Shown piece by piece: positions 19,611 to 28,198 of a DNA stretch of 50,834 bases. The first letter of the stretch is position 1, and the number at the start of each line of letters is the position of its first letter. The DNA is taken from assembly GCA_031441465.1 (NCBI GenBank), contig JANOEP010000041.1, positions 1-50,834 of the forward strand. Direction: 5' to 3'. This DNA is from a bacterium (lineage in GTDB: Bacteria > Krumholzibacteriota > Krumholzibacteriia > LZORAL124-64-63). The notes beneath the pieces were generated by a model. That model was given only the letters and a program-made list of their open reading frames with translations. It was not told the DNA's origin and searched no databases. A program made the position numbers and the translations under genes.

Positions 19611-20309
19611 ATGTCGGCAGACAGACGATATATTGAAGCTGAGGAAAAATTTAAGGAATTTGCATTTGAGGCTCTTGCCTCTGTATTCTCATCCCGCGAG
19701 GAGTTTGAGGCGTACTACGCTGGAATCGAAGGCGAAGACTCGAAGAATACATTTCTCCGAGTGTCGGCGTATTATCTCTTTCTCGTTAAGAAGGGCGAAT
19801 GGAGGGTTGCAGTTGATGGTGTTGATCAAGTTATCGAATATTTTTCGGTCTCGTATAAGCTCGTCGCGTTATTCTCGCTCATCGAGTCACTTTCGACCGA
19901 GTCATTCATGGATTTCTACGGCTGGCTCCAGGCCACGAAACGCTCAGATGTATTTCCGATCACGGATAATGAGCGCCTCGCTGGACTCTACGATGCTTAC
20001 AAGGCATCGTTCGGATCGACAAGAAAATGTGTCGCATTCTTTGAAGGGCTGCCAACGTTGCGTCAGCAACAACTGTGCAACGCTATCGAAATTGATCGCA
20101 GACCTCTCGCAGATATCAAAAAACTGGCGCATTTTCTGTACGAGTTGCGTAGCGGCTTCGTTCACGAAGGTCGATTGGTACATGCCGTGAGCGGCGGGGC
20201 CGTCATGTTTAAGCAAGGCAACAAGTTCGTTCACGCGCGACTCGCACTCGAGCCGCTTCTTCTGGCATTTGAAGAGGGTGTAGTTGCGCACTTTCAACGA
20301 CGAACATAA
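19611..20309 (+). CDS. AT-richer hypothetical protein with HEPN-like R-x4-H motif
   Basis: AGGAG RBS; LFSLIESL and LYELRSGFVHEG motifs; codon usage visibly different from neighbouring genes. Confidence 0.7.
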   Translation: MSADRRYIEAEEKFKEFAFEALASVFSSREEFEAYYAGIEGEDSKNTFLRVSAYYLFLVKKGEWRVAVDGVDQVIEYFSVSYKLVALFSLIESLSTESFMDFYGWLQATKRSDVFPITDNERLAGLYDAYKASFGSTRKCVAFFEGLPTLRQQQLCNAIEIDRRPLADIKKLAHFLYELRSGFVHEGRLVHAVSGGAVMFKQGNKFVHARLALEPLLLAFEEGVVAHFQRRT

Positions 20310-20400
20310 CAAGCGCTTGCGGCTGTCAAAGTCGCTTGTCTCGCCCCTGACTGGGCCATTCGCGTGCCAGTCGTCTTTGCATTTGAAGCTGAGCGAAGGC
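20304..20400 (+). mobile_element. Degenerate integron attC-like site
   Basis: ACATAAC overlaps the stop codon, followed by aagcgcttgcggctgtcaaagtcg...cgtctttgcatttgaagc imperfect inverted repeat; terminal GTT not intact. Confidence 0.5.
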
Positions 20401-20453
20401 ATCGAATCGTTCCCGCGCGGGATTCGTCGAAGTTCAGCTGCCGGCGGTGGAGC

Positions 20454-20681
20454 ATGATGGGCGACACCACGCGACACGCCGACGACCTTCGAATTTCGAT
20501 CCTGAGGCACCTCACCGGCGAGCAGCGCCTGCAGATCGCCTTGGAGATGAGCGATCTTGCGCGCGAGCTCTGCCTGGCGGGACTTCGCAGCCGACATCCG
20601 GACTGGTCCGATAGCGAGCTGAAGCGCGAGTTCATCCGGCGGATGATCGCGCCGGTCACGCTGCCCAGGTCGTCGCCATGA
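20454..20681 (+). CDS. Small helical protein, probable partner/antitoxin of the downstream nucleotidyltransferase
   Basis: DTT...LRHLTGEQRLQIALEMS...AGLRSRHPDWS; GGAG RBS; ATGA overlap with the next gene. Confidence 0.7.
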   Translation: MMGDTTRHADDLRISILRHLTGEQRLQIALEMSDLARELCLAGLRSRHPDWSDSELKREFIRRMIAPVTLPRSSP

Positions 20682-21235
20682 CGACCGCTGATGTGTTCCG
20701 GAGGATGATCGGCGCCCTCGACCTTGTCGGCATTCCCTACATGCTGACTGGCTCCTTCGCCGGCGCCCTCCACGGTTCGCCCCGCGCGACCCAGGATATC
20801 GACATCGTCATCGCGCCGACTGCCGACCAGTTGCTGAATCTGAAGAGTCAGCTTCCCGATTCCGACTATTACTGCGACCTGGCGGTCGCCCAGGAGGCTC
20901 TGGCCAGGCAGTCGCTCTTCAACGTCATCGATCTCGCGACCGGCTGGAAGATCGACTTCATCATCCGTCGGGACCGCCCGTTCAGCCTGGTAGAATTCGA
21001 CCGTCGCCAGAAGGCGGTTCTCCAGGGTGTCGGTCTCTCCGTCGCCACCGCGGAGGACATCATCATCGCCAAGCTGGAATGGTCAAAGCTCGGCGAGTCA
21101 TCGCGCCAGATCGAGGATGCCGCCAGCATCCTCAGGATTCGCTCCGGCGAACTCGATCTCGGTTATATCGAGAACTGGGTGGAGCGTCTCCAGTTACGGG
21201 CGCAATGGGCGGCCGCGCGCAAGTCGGCAGGCTGA
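20678..21235 (+). CDS. DNA pol-beta-superfamily nucleotidyltransferase (DUF6036/AbiEii-like)
   Basis: YMLTGSFA..HG.PRATQDIDIV, KIDF, TAEDIIIAKL. Confidence 0.8.
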   Translation: MTTADVFRRMIGALDLVGIPYMLTGSFAGALHGSPRATQDIDIVIAPTADQLLNLKSQLPDSDYYCDLAVAQEALARQSLFNVIDLATGWKIDFIIRRDRPFSLVEFDRRQKAVLQGVGLSVATAEDIIIAKLEWSKLGESSRQIEDAASILRIRSGELDLGYIENWVERLQLRAQWAAARKSAG

Positions 21236-21304
21236 CCGATTAAACAGAGCGAGGCCCGGGTCTCCCCGGGCCGCCAGCGTCCGTCGGAAACCTGTGACAT
21301 AAGG

Positions 21305-22021
21305 TCACCTGTATTGCGCCTTGATTCCCCCCCAGCTTTCACTCTCCCCCGCCACCGGATCCTGGCAGCAGCAGGCGAAGCCCGATGCCGCAGCCTGGTA
21401 GAACCCGAAGTAGCCGACGTAGCAGTAGCCGATCGGCAGCAGCGTCACGTCGATCACCACGCTGCCGGGGTCGAGGGAATACCCTGCGAGACACTGCTCC
21501 TCCAGCTCAGACACCAGGAACGCCTGCGCGAAGGCGACCGCCTGTTCCGGAGTCGTGGCGCACAGGGTCTCCGGGTACTGGTTGGTCCAGGGCGAGGACG
21601 GCAGCGTGCTTGCAATGACCGTCTGGCAGCCCTGGAGGCAGTCGGGCGGCGCCTGGATGGTGAACGGCACGGTCTCGATGTAGTCGCCCTCGACGAACCC
21701 GATCCCCAGCTTGTAGGTCCCCGGCGGCAGGTTCACCGGGATGTTCCAGGTGTAGTAGCCGGTGTTCGGAAAGCCCTGGGAAATGGGGGTGAAGGCGTTG
21801 GAGGGCAGTTCGTAGGCGCCGAGCCCGAAGACCGTCGCCGTCCCGCCCGTCCAGACCAGGGTATGCGAGGTGCCGGCCGTCCAGGTCTCGCCGCCGGCCG
21901 GAATGAGCCAGTCCGAACTGTTGGCGGCGACCGGGAGCAGGCAACAGAAGAGGGTGGCCAGCAGGCCGCACCGGCGGATCTCTCGGGCCAACCTGCGGTG
22001 GGGCGGGGTCGGGTGGGCCAT
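21305..22021 (-). CDS. Secreted protein with Ig-like (Kre9/KNH-like) domain, Cys-rich C-half and SWGGIKAQYR tail
   Basis: Hydrophobic signal; PAGGETWTAG...NTGYYTWNIP..LPPGTYKL; GGGAG RBS. Confidence 0.7.
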   Translation of the reverse strand: MAHPTPPHRRLAREIRRCGLLATLFCCLLPVAANSSDWLIPAGGETWTAGTSHTLVWTGGTATVFGLGAYELPSNAFTPISQGFPNTGYYTWNIPVNLPPGTYKLGIGFVEGDYIETVPFTIQAPPDCLQGCQTVIASTLPSSPWTNQYPETLCATTPEQAVAFAQAFLVSELEEQCLAGYSLDPGSVVIDVTLLPIGYCYVGYFGFYQAAASGFACCCQDPVAGESESWGGIKAQYR

Positions 22022-22206
22022 GGTCGTTCTCCCTGGGGCTAGTGGTTCGCGCTAATACAGGACTGATTTAATCCTATCACATTTCGCCGTGTCCAGGCAG
22101 GAATCCGATCCGATGGCCTCAAAGCCGCCGTCACGGTATGATGACGCATCGGCGACGCGAAGACGCGCGGCCGCCTCTCCCCTCACCCGATCTCCCGGGA
22201 GCAGCC

Positions 22207-24168
22207 ATGAAGCGGACCGCATCCGCCACCCTCGCCGCGGCCTTCGCCCTGCTCCTGCTCACGACGGCCCCGTCGCCGGCCCCCGCCCAGCCGCCCGACT
22301 TCCCCATGAGCAGCACGCTCCCCCCGCGCGGCTTCATCGCGCAGAGCTACGAAGCCGCGTCCTACGCGGCGTTCGCGAGCGGACTGGAAATCGTCGACGC
22401 CGCCCTGCTGGCGCACGGCGCCGCTGTCCCCGCGCCCGCGCTGTCGGTCGCGGCGACGGGGACGCAGTGGTACATGGGCAACTACTCGCGTCCCTGGGAG
22501 AACAAGATCGTCCCCGCGCGGAAGCGCTGGGTCTTCCCAGGCGGAACGGGGCGCGCCGCCTGCCTCGACACGATGTTCAACCCCATCAGCGGCCGCATGA
22601 CGTCGAGGACGGTCGTCGCCACGGGGAAGGGGACCGCCAAGGGGTTCTACGAACCCGCGGCGCTGGAGCTGACCGGCCCGGCGCTGGAGACGGCCCTGCT
22701 GACGCTCGAGGAGGCGTTGCCGCACCTGCTGCTCGAGCAGGCGAAGCGCCATCGCCTGACCCTGCGCCACGCGGGCGTCTGGTCCGACGGCGCGGCCACC
22801 TCCGACATCGTGACCTACGCGACGGGACCGACCCGGCTCGTCACCCTCTTCATCGACGGCGGGACCCGCCTGCTGACCAGGGTCGAGAAGCTGGGCTACG
22901 CGCCCGACTACGGCGACATGGTGGGCGTGATCACCTTCGGGGATTATTACCGGGTCGCCGGGATCCTGGTTCCGCGCGCACGGCACGACGAGCGGCTGGG
23001 CAGGACGGAGGCCGATCTGGTGTTGGACGTGCGGCCCGCCTCGCCGGAGGATCTCGGGCTTTTCGCGGCGTACGCGGAGCCGGCGGCGGCGGACCCGCTG
23101 CGCGGCGTCGAGATCCGGGAGATCGCCGCGGGGATCCACGCGGTCCTGCTGAAGGAGCGCGAGGTCAAGTCCTTCGTGGTGGAGCGAAGCGATCATCTCG
23201 CCGTGTTCGAGACGCCGTTCGACGCGAAGACCGCCGCCACCATCCTCGCCGCGGCCGCGAAGATCGCGCCGGGCAAGCCCGTGCGCTACGTCGCCTTCTC
23301 CCACGAGCACCGTCACACGTCGGCTGGCGTGCCGGCGTTCCTGCGCGCGGGTGCGACGCTGATCGGCACCGCCGAGACCGTGGCCTTCGCCGAGGATCTC
23401 GCGGGGCTGCAGCACCGCGGGGCGCCGGACGGGACGCCGGCGGCGGCCGCGCCGCGGATCTCGAGCCTGCTCGTGACGGACCGCCTGGAACTGCCGGACG
23501 AGACCAACCCTCTCGTCGTCTTCAACGTCGGCCGCACCAACCCGACGGACCCATCGTCGTTCGCCGCGGACAACTTCGCGCGCCGCGACTACCTCTTGTT
23601 CTACTTCCCCCGCAGCGGCATCCTGCTGAACGGCTGCCTCAGCACGTTCCACGAGGGCGAGGAGCCGGTCGCCACCGATCGGCAGGAGGCGCTGCTGTCC
23701 ACGCTGCGCGACCTGGGCGTGACGCCGCACCTTCTGTGCAGCGCGATGGACACGGAAGACCGCCTCGACGTGACGCCGGCCGACCTGGAGGCGTCCGTGG
23801 AGAAGCGGCGCCGGCTGAAGCCGCTCACCGACGAATTGGAGGCGATGGGCGCGGACCGGCTCGTCGCACGGGCCGACTCGCTGGCCTCGTTCTGCCGGGA
23901 GCAGGAGCTGGGACCCGAGTGGTTCGACGGCAAGGCCCAGCGCATCCTGCTGCAGGATGTTGAGCGGGCTCGCGCCTTGTCGTCGCTGACGGCGCGGACG
24001 TGGCCGGAATCCCCGCTGGGCTGGCTGCGGCTGTCCGAGGCCGAGGAAGCGCTGGGTCGCCCCGCGGAGGCGCTGGCGCTCGCCAGGAAGGCGGCCGACC
24101 TCGACGCGAAGGACGAAGATCTGCGAGAGCGGGTGTCGCGGCTCGAGAAGCTGATCGCACCGCAGTAG
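22207..24168 (+). CDS. Secreted MBL-fold protein with C-terminal TPR
   Basis: Signal peptide; PGKPVRYVAFSHEHRHT; TPR-like PESPLGWLRLSEA...ALALARKAADLD. Confidence 0.7.
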   Translation: MKRTASATLAAAFALLLLTTAPSPAPAQPPDFPMSSTLPPRGFIAQSYEAASYAAFASGLEIVDAALLAHGAAVPAPALSVAATGTQWYMGNYSRPWENKIVPARKRWVFPGGTGRAACLDTMFNPISGRMTSRTVVATGKGTAKGFYEPAALELTGPALETALLTLEEALPHLLLEQAKRHRLTLRHAGVWSDGAATSDIVTYATGPTRLVTLFIDGGTRLLTRVEKLGYAPDYGDMVGVITFGDYYRVAGILVPRARHDERLGRTEADLVLDVRPASPEDLGLFAAYAEPAAADPLRGVEIREIAAGIHAVLLKEREVKSFVVERSDHLAVFETPFDAKTAATILAAAAKIAPGKPVRYVAFSHEHRHTSAGVPAFLRAGATLIGTAETVAFAEDLAGLQHRGAPDGTPAAAAPRISSLLVTDRLELPDETNPLVVFNVGRTNPTDPSSFAADNFARRDYLLFYFPRSGILLNGCLSTFHEGEEPVATDRQEALLSTLRDLGVTPHLLCSAMDTEDRLDVTPADLEASVEKRRRLKPLTDELEAMGADRLVARADSLASFCREQELGPEWFDGKAQRILLQDVERARALSSLTARTWPESPLGWLRLSEAEEALGRPAEALALARKAADLDAKDEDLRERVSRLEKLIAPQ

Positions 24169-24189
24169 GCCACCGGCCGCGCCGCGATC

Positions 24190-24729
24190 TCAGCAACGCA
24201 GCAGGAACCCCTCGCGCCGGTGGAAGTCGGGCCGGTCGCCGGGATGGGCCAGCGCCCAGTGGCCGATGCGGCCGTCGGCGTGGCGGATCACCGCGGCGAG
24301 GCCGACCTCGAGGGCGCGATCGCCGGGGGCCAGGCTCGCGAGCGGGAGGCTGAAGGCGGCGGTGAGGATCCCGTCCACGAGTTCCGTGGCGCGATGGAGG
24401 TCGAGCACCGAGAGGTCCGGCCGCATGCCGCAGCGGTACCCGTCGAACAGGTAGACGTTCCAGTCCCGCGAAGCCGCGAGGTTGACTTCCGTGTAGCGGG
24501 GCTCGCCTTCGACGGCGACGAAGGCCTCGAAGCACGTGCCCTGCCAGAGGCCGTCGCGCCTCGTCCCTGTTCCCGCCGTGCCGGACGGATCGACCAGCGC
24601 CGGCTCCCCCTGAAGCCGGAAACGAACGCTGAAGAACCCGCCGATGCGGACGGCAACGACGCCGAGATTCGGCTCACGGGGCGGCGCCGTGGCCGGGAAG
24701 GGGACCAGATCGGCTCTCTGTTCGCTCAT
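24190..24729 (-). CDS. DOMON-like domain protein
   Basis: RRDGLWQGTCFEAF, YTEVNLA...WNVY.FDGYR, HWALAHPGDRPDFH. Confidence 0.8.
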   Translation of the reverse strand: MSEQRADLVPFPATAPPREPNLGVVAVRIGGFFSVRFRLQGEPALVDPSGTAGTGTRRDGLWQGTCFEAFVAVEGEPRYTEVNLAASRDWNVYLFDGYRCGMRPDLSVLDLHRATELVDGILTAAFSLPLASLAPGDRALEVGLAAVIRHADGRIGHWALAHPGDRPDFHRREGFLLRC

Positions 24730-24827
24730 CGGTCCTCTCGGTGGTTCGGAAAGTCGCACTCGCGGCCGGTTGCGGTTCATCCTACACTGGCGTTCGCGTC
24801 CGGGAAACCAGCCACGGAGGAAGGTCG

Positions 24828-25469
24828 ATGCCGCACTGCGACGAGTTGGAGTCCGCCCTCACCGATCAGGAGCGCCTCGACCTGGCCGGCCTGTCCACCC
24901 CCCGCGCGATCCAGGACTTCCTGGACGCCTGCGCCTACAGCTCCGACCCCTTCTACCGCTGCCCCCTGCGCGTGCTGCGCGAGCGCCGCGCCCACTGCTT
25001 CGACGGCGCCCTGTTCGCCGCCGCTGCCCTGCGTCGCCTTGGCCACCCGCCGCGCATCCTGGACCTGCTCTCCGACGGCCGCGACGACGAGCACCTGCTG
25101 GCCCTGTTCAAGTGCGACGGCCGCTGGGGCGCGCTCGCCCAGTCCAACTTCAGCGGCCTGCGCTACCGCGAGCCGGTCTACGCGAACGTGCGCGAGCTGG
25201 CGATGTCCTACTTCGAGCCCTACTACAACCTCGCCCGCGAGCGCACCCTGGTCGGCTACACCGGACCGCTGAGCCTCGCGCCCTTCGACCGGCTGCACTG
25301 GACCGTCAGCGACGAGCACCTCGAGCGGATCGCCGAGAGAACCGAGCAGGTGCGGCGGGTCGAGTTGATCACGCCGGAGATGCACGGGCGGCTCACGCCG
25401 GTGGACGAGCGGTCCTATCGGGCGGGGCTACTGGGGTCGGATGCGGCGGGGTTGTTCGAGCCCGAGTAG
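24828..25469 (+). CDS. Conserved hypothetical protein, possibly transglutaminase/papain-like fold
   Basis: AHCFDGALFAAA, DDEHLLALF, WGALAQSNFSGLRYREPVY; GGAGG RBS. Confidence 0.75.
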   Translation: MPHCDELESALTDQERLDLAGLSTPRAIQDFLDACAYSSDPFYRCPLRVLRERRAHCFDGALFAAAALRRLGHPPRILDLLSDGRDDEHLLALFKCDGRWGALAQSNFSGLRYREPVYANVRELAMSYFEPYYNLARERTLVGYTGPLSLAPFDRLHWTVSDEHLERIAERTEQVRRVELITPEMHGRLTPVDERSYRAGLLGSDAAGLFEPE

Positions 25470-27226
25470 AGGCGGCCGGACGCCGCCGCCGCGCGGCGCC
25501 GCAGATCCTCGTAGGCGCCGAACTGGAACTTCCACAGCGTCTTCAACCGCTGGCGGTCGAACACGGGATCGCGCGTGATGCACCGGATCACGTCGTAGTA
25601 GCGGGCGATATCCGGATCCCGGATCTCGTTGCGACCACTTGCGAGGGTCCGCGCGTACCCCACGGGCGGCCGCCGGAAGTAGTGGCCGATCCGCCAGCCC
25701 AAGGATTTCAACCGTGGGATGCGGTCCCGCAGGATGGGGTCGGGCACGGTGGCGGGCAAGCGGGCGAGCAGCGGGTCGCCGAGCCCGTGATAATCCAAGA
25801 CGTGCACGCTCGGCCCCAGATGGTAGCCGATAAATCCCACCGCGCCGCGGATGACCGTCATGCGGTAGGGTTTGCCGTTCTCGTCCCTCGGCGATGGCGG
25901 CGGCCAGTGGTCGGCGGCGTCGAGCCCCCCCAACTGCACCAGCGTGTCGGCGAAGGGATCCGCCGGCCAGTCCCGCTTGAGCTGGACCGCGTCGCGGTAC
26001 CGGGGCGGGTCGGGCCAGTTCTTTTCGCCCCAGGACGCGCGCAGCGAGCCGATCCGCGTGTAGTAAGACCGCTCGTCGGCGATGCCGTCGTCGTCGATCG
26101 CCGCATGCCACTGCGGACCGTAGTCGCGATCGGGCAGGGACGACGTCCAGGGCAGCAGGAACAGCGTCGCCAGCGCCGCGGCGATCAGGCGCGACGGCAG
26201 GGGCGGCAGCGGCCGCGCGACGAGGATCCCGACACTCACCAGCAACGGCGCGGTGAGGAAGCGGCCGCTCATGAAATCGCCGCCGACCCCCACGACGTAG
26301 GCCAGCATCAAGAGGACTCCGGCGGCCCAGGCCCACGGCGAGGCGGGTCGCGCGTCGGTCGCGCCCTGCCGGTCCTGCCCACCGCGCAACCCCCGGACAC
26401 CCGCGAAAACGCCAAGGGCGACGCCGGCCAGCGTGACCACATCCCAGCGGAGCGAATTGAGCAGGTAGTGCCCGCCCTGGACGACCATCTCTCCCGGCGG
26501 CAGGCCGTGGTTGAGCTTGGCCAGCGCCGAATTCGGCAGCCACGAGCCGTAGTAGAGGAACGAGAAGAGTTCCCAAGCCACGAAAGGCGCCATCCCGGCG
26601 ATCACCGCGGGCGCGGCGCGCCGCAGGCCCACACGCCGGACGACCAGGACCCAAGCCGGCGCGATCAGGAACAGGGAGTCCAGGCGCGTCAGCAGGCACA
26701 GGGCGGCGACGAAGGAGAAGCGGGCCGCGGAGGCGCGGGTTCGCGCACCGTCGTCGAGCACGAGCAGCACCGCCAACAGCAGGTGCAGGAGCGCGTTTTC
26801 CAGACCGGAAGTCGCGAAATCCGTGAACGCGCGCGAAGCGGCGAGCAGCCCCAAGCCGAGGCACGCTGCGGACCACGACCGGGCGAGCCGGAACGCGAGG
26901 ACCATGGCCGCCGCGAGCGTGAGCGCCAGGTTCAGCGTGATGGCGGCATAGAAGAACTCGCGGGTGAGGGCGTGCGCGGCGCTCATCGCCATCATCCACA
27001 GGGGATGCGTGAAGACCTGCACGCGCTCGCCGACGTTCCAGACCGGCCCGTAGCCGTCGAAGAGATTCTTGATCGCGCGGAACGTGATGTAGGCGTCGTC
27101 GGTGACCCAAGCCTTGCGGACCACGACGAACAGGAGCAGGGCGACGACGAGGAGCACGGCGCACGTGCTGCGCCCTCCGAACTTGACGCGCCCGCCGGGC
27201 CCTCGCACGACGAACCCCGGCCTCAC
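25415..27226 (-). CDS. GT-C-type membrane glycosyltransferase (AftB-like)
   Basis: WVTDDAYITFR, NVGERVQVFTHPLW, TSGLEN, LTRLD, GGDFMSGRF; GTGA overlap with the upstream gene. Confidence 0.8.
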   Translation of the reverse strand: MRPGFVVRGPGGRVKFGGRSTCAVLLVVALLLFVVVRKAWVTDDAYITFRAIKNLFDGYGPVWNVGERVQVFTHPLWMMAMSAAHALTREFFYAAITLNLALTLAAAMVLAFRLARSWSAACLGLGLLAASRAFTDFATSGLENALLHLLLAVLLVLDDGARTRASAARFSFVAALCLLTRLDSLFLIAPAWVLVVRRVGLRRAAPAVIAGMAPFVAWELFSFLYYGSWLPNSALAKLNHGLPPGEMVVQGGHYLLNSLRWDVVTLAGVALGVFAGVRGLRGGQDRQGATDARPASPWAWAAGVLLMLAYVVGVGGDFMSGRFLTAPLLVSVGILVARPLPPLPSRLIAAALATLFLLPWTSSLPDRDYGPQWHAAIDDDGIADERSYYTRIGSLRASWGEKNWPDPPRYRDAVQLKRDWPADPFADTLVQLGGLDAADHWPPPSPRDENGKPYRMTVIRGAVGFIGYHLGPSVHVLDYHGLGDPLLARLPATVPDPILRDRIPRLKSLGWRIGHYFRRPPVGYARTLASGRNEIRDPDIARYYDVIRCITRDPVFDRQRLKTLWKFQFGAYEDLRRRAAAASGRLYSGSNNPAASDPSSPAR

Positions 27227-28197
27227 GGTCGTGCCGCCGCGAGAACCGGCAGCAGCGCCTCGAGGTCGACATTGCCGCCGGACAGGATGATGCCCACCCT
27301 TTTCAGCCCCGGCCGCGCCCGGAACCCCTCCGACAGCACCGCCGCCAGCGGCACCGCCGAACTGGGCTCGATCAGCAGCTTCGCGCGCTCCCAGGCCAGG
27401 CGCAGGGCGCGCAGGATGGCGTCGTCGTCGACGGTGACGATGTCCGCGAGGTGGTCGCGCAGGATGGGCCAGGTGAGTTCGCCGAGGCTCGTGCGCAGGC
27501 CGTCGGCGACGGTGCGCGGGGCGGTCTGCGGGATCAGGCGGCCGGCGGCGAGCGAGCGCGCCGCGTCGTCGGCGCCCAGCGGTTCGGCGCCGAAGAGCAG
27601 GGTCGCGGGGCGCATCACCCGCACGGCGAGGCAGGTGCCGGACATCAGGCCGCCGCCGCCCACCGGGGCGAACACGGCGTCGAGGTCGGGCACCAGTTCG
27701 AGCAGCTCCAGCGCGGCTGTGCCCTGCCCGGCGATGATGCGCGGGTCGTCGTAAGGGTGGACGAAAGCGCCGCCGGTCTGCGCCACGACGCGGGCGGCGG
27801 TCTCCTCGCGCGCGGCGAGGGTCGGGGCGCACTCGTGGATGACGGCGCCGTAGCCGGCGACCGCGGCGCGCTTGACCGCGGGTGCGCCGGTCGGCATCAC
27901 GATGTGGGCGGGGATGCCGCGCCGGCGCGCGGCCAGGGCCAAGGCCTGGGCGTGGTTGCCGCTGCTGTGGGTGACGACGCCGCGGGCGGCCTCGGCGTCG
28001 GACAGCAGGGCGACCGCGTTCGAGGCGCCGCGGAACTTGAAGGCGCCCACGCGCTGCAGGTGCTCGCACTTGAAGAACAGTTCGCGCCCGGCCAGTTCGT
28101 CCAGCGTGCGGCAGGTGGCGACCGGCGTGCGGTGGACGACGCCGCGCAGCCGCTCGGCGGCCGCGCGGACGTCGTCGTACGTCGGCGTGCGCGTCAC
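27223..28197 (-). CDS. PLP-dependent Ser/Thr dehydratase or serine racemase-like enzyme
   Basis: FKCEHLQRVGAFKFRGA, HSSGNHAQA, PVGGGGL, IEPSSAV, LSGGNVD. Confidence 0.92.
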   Translation of the reverse strand: MTRTPTYDDVRAAAERLRGVVHRTPVATCRTLDELAGRELFFKCEHLQRVGAFKFRGASNAVALLSDAEAARGVVTHSSGNHAQALALAARRRGIPAHIVMPTGAPAVKRAAVAGYGAVIHECAPTLAAREETAARVVAQTGGAFVHPYDDPRIIAGQGTAALELLELVPDLDAVFAPVGGGGLMSGTCLAVRVMRPATLLFGAEPLGADDAARSLAAGRLIPQTAPRTVADGLRTSLGELTWPILRDHLADIVTVDDDAILRALRLAWERAKLLIEPSSAVPLAAVLSEGFRARPGLKRVGIILSGGNVDLEALLPVLAAARP

Positions 28198-28198
28198 G

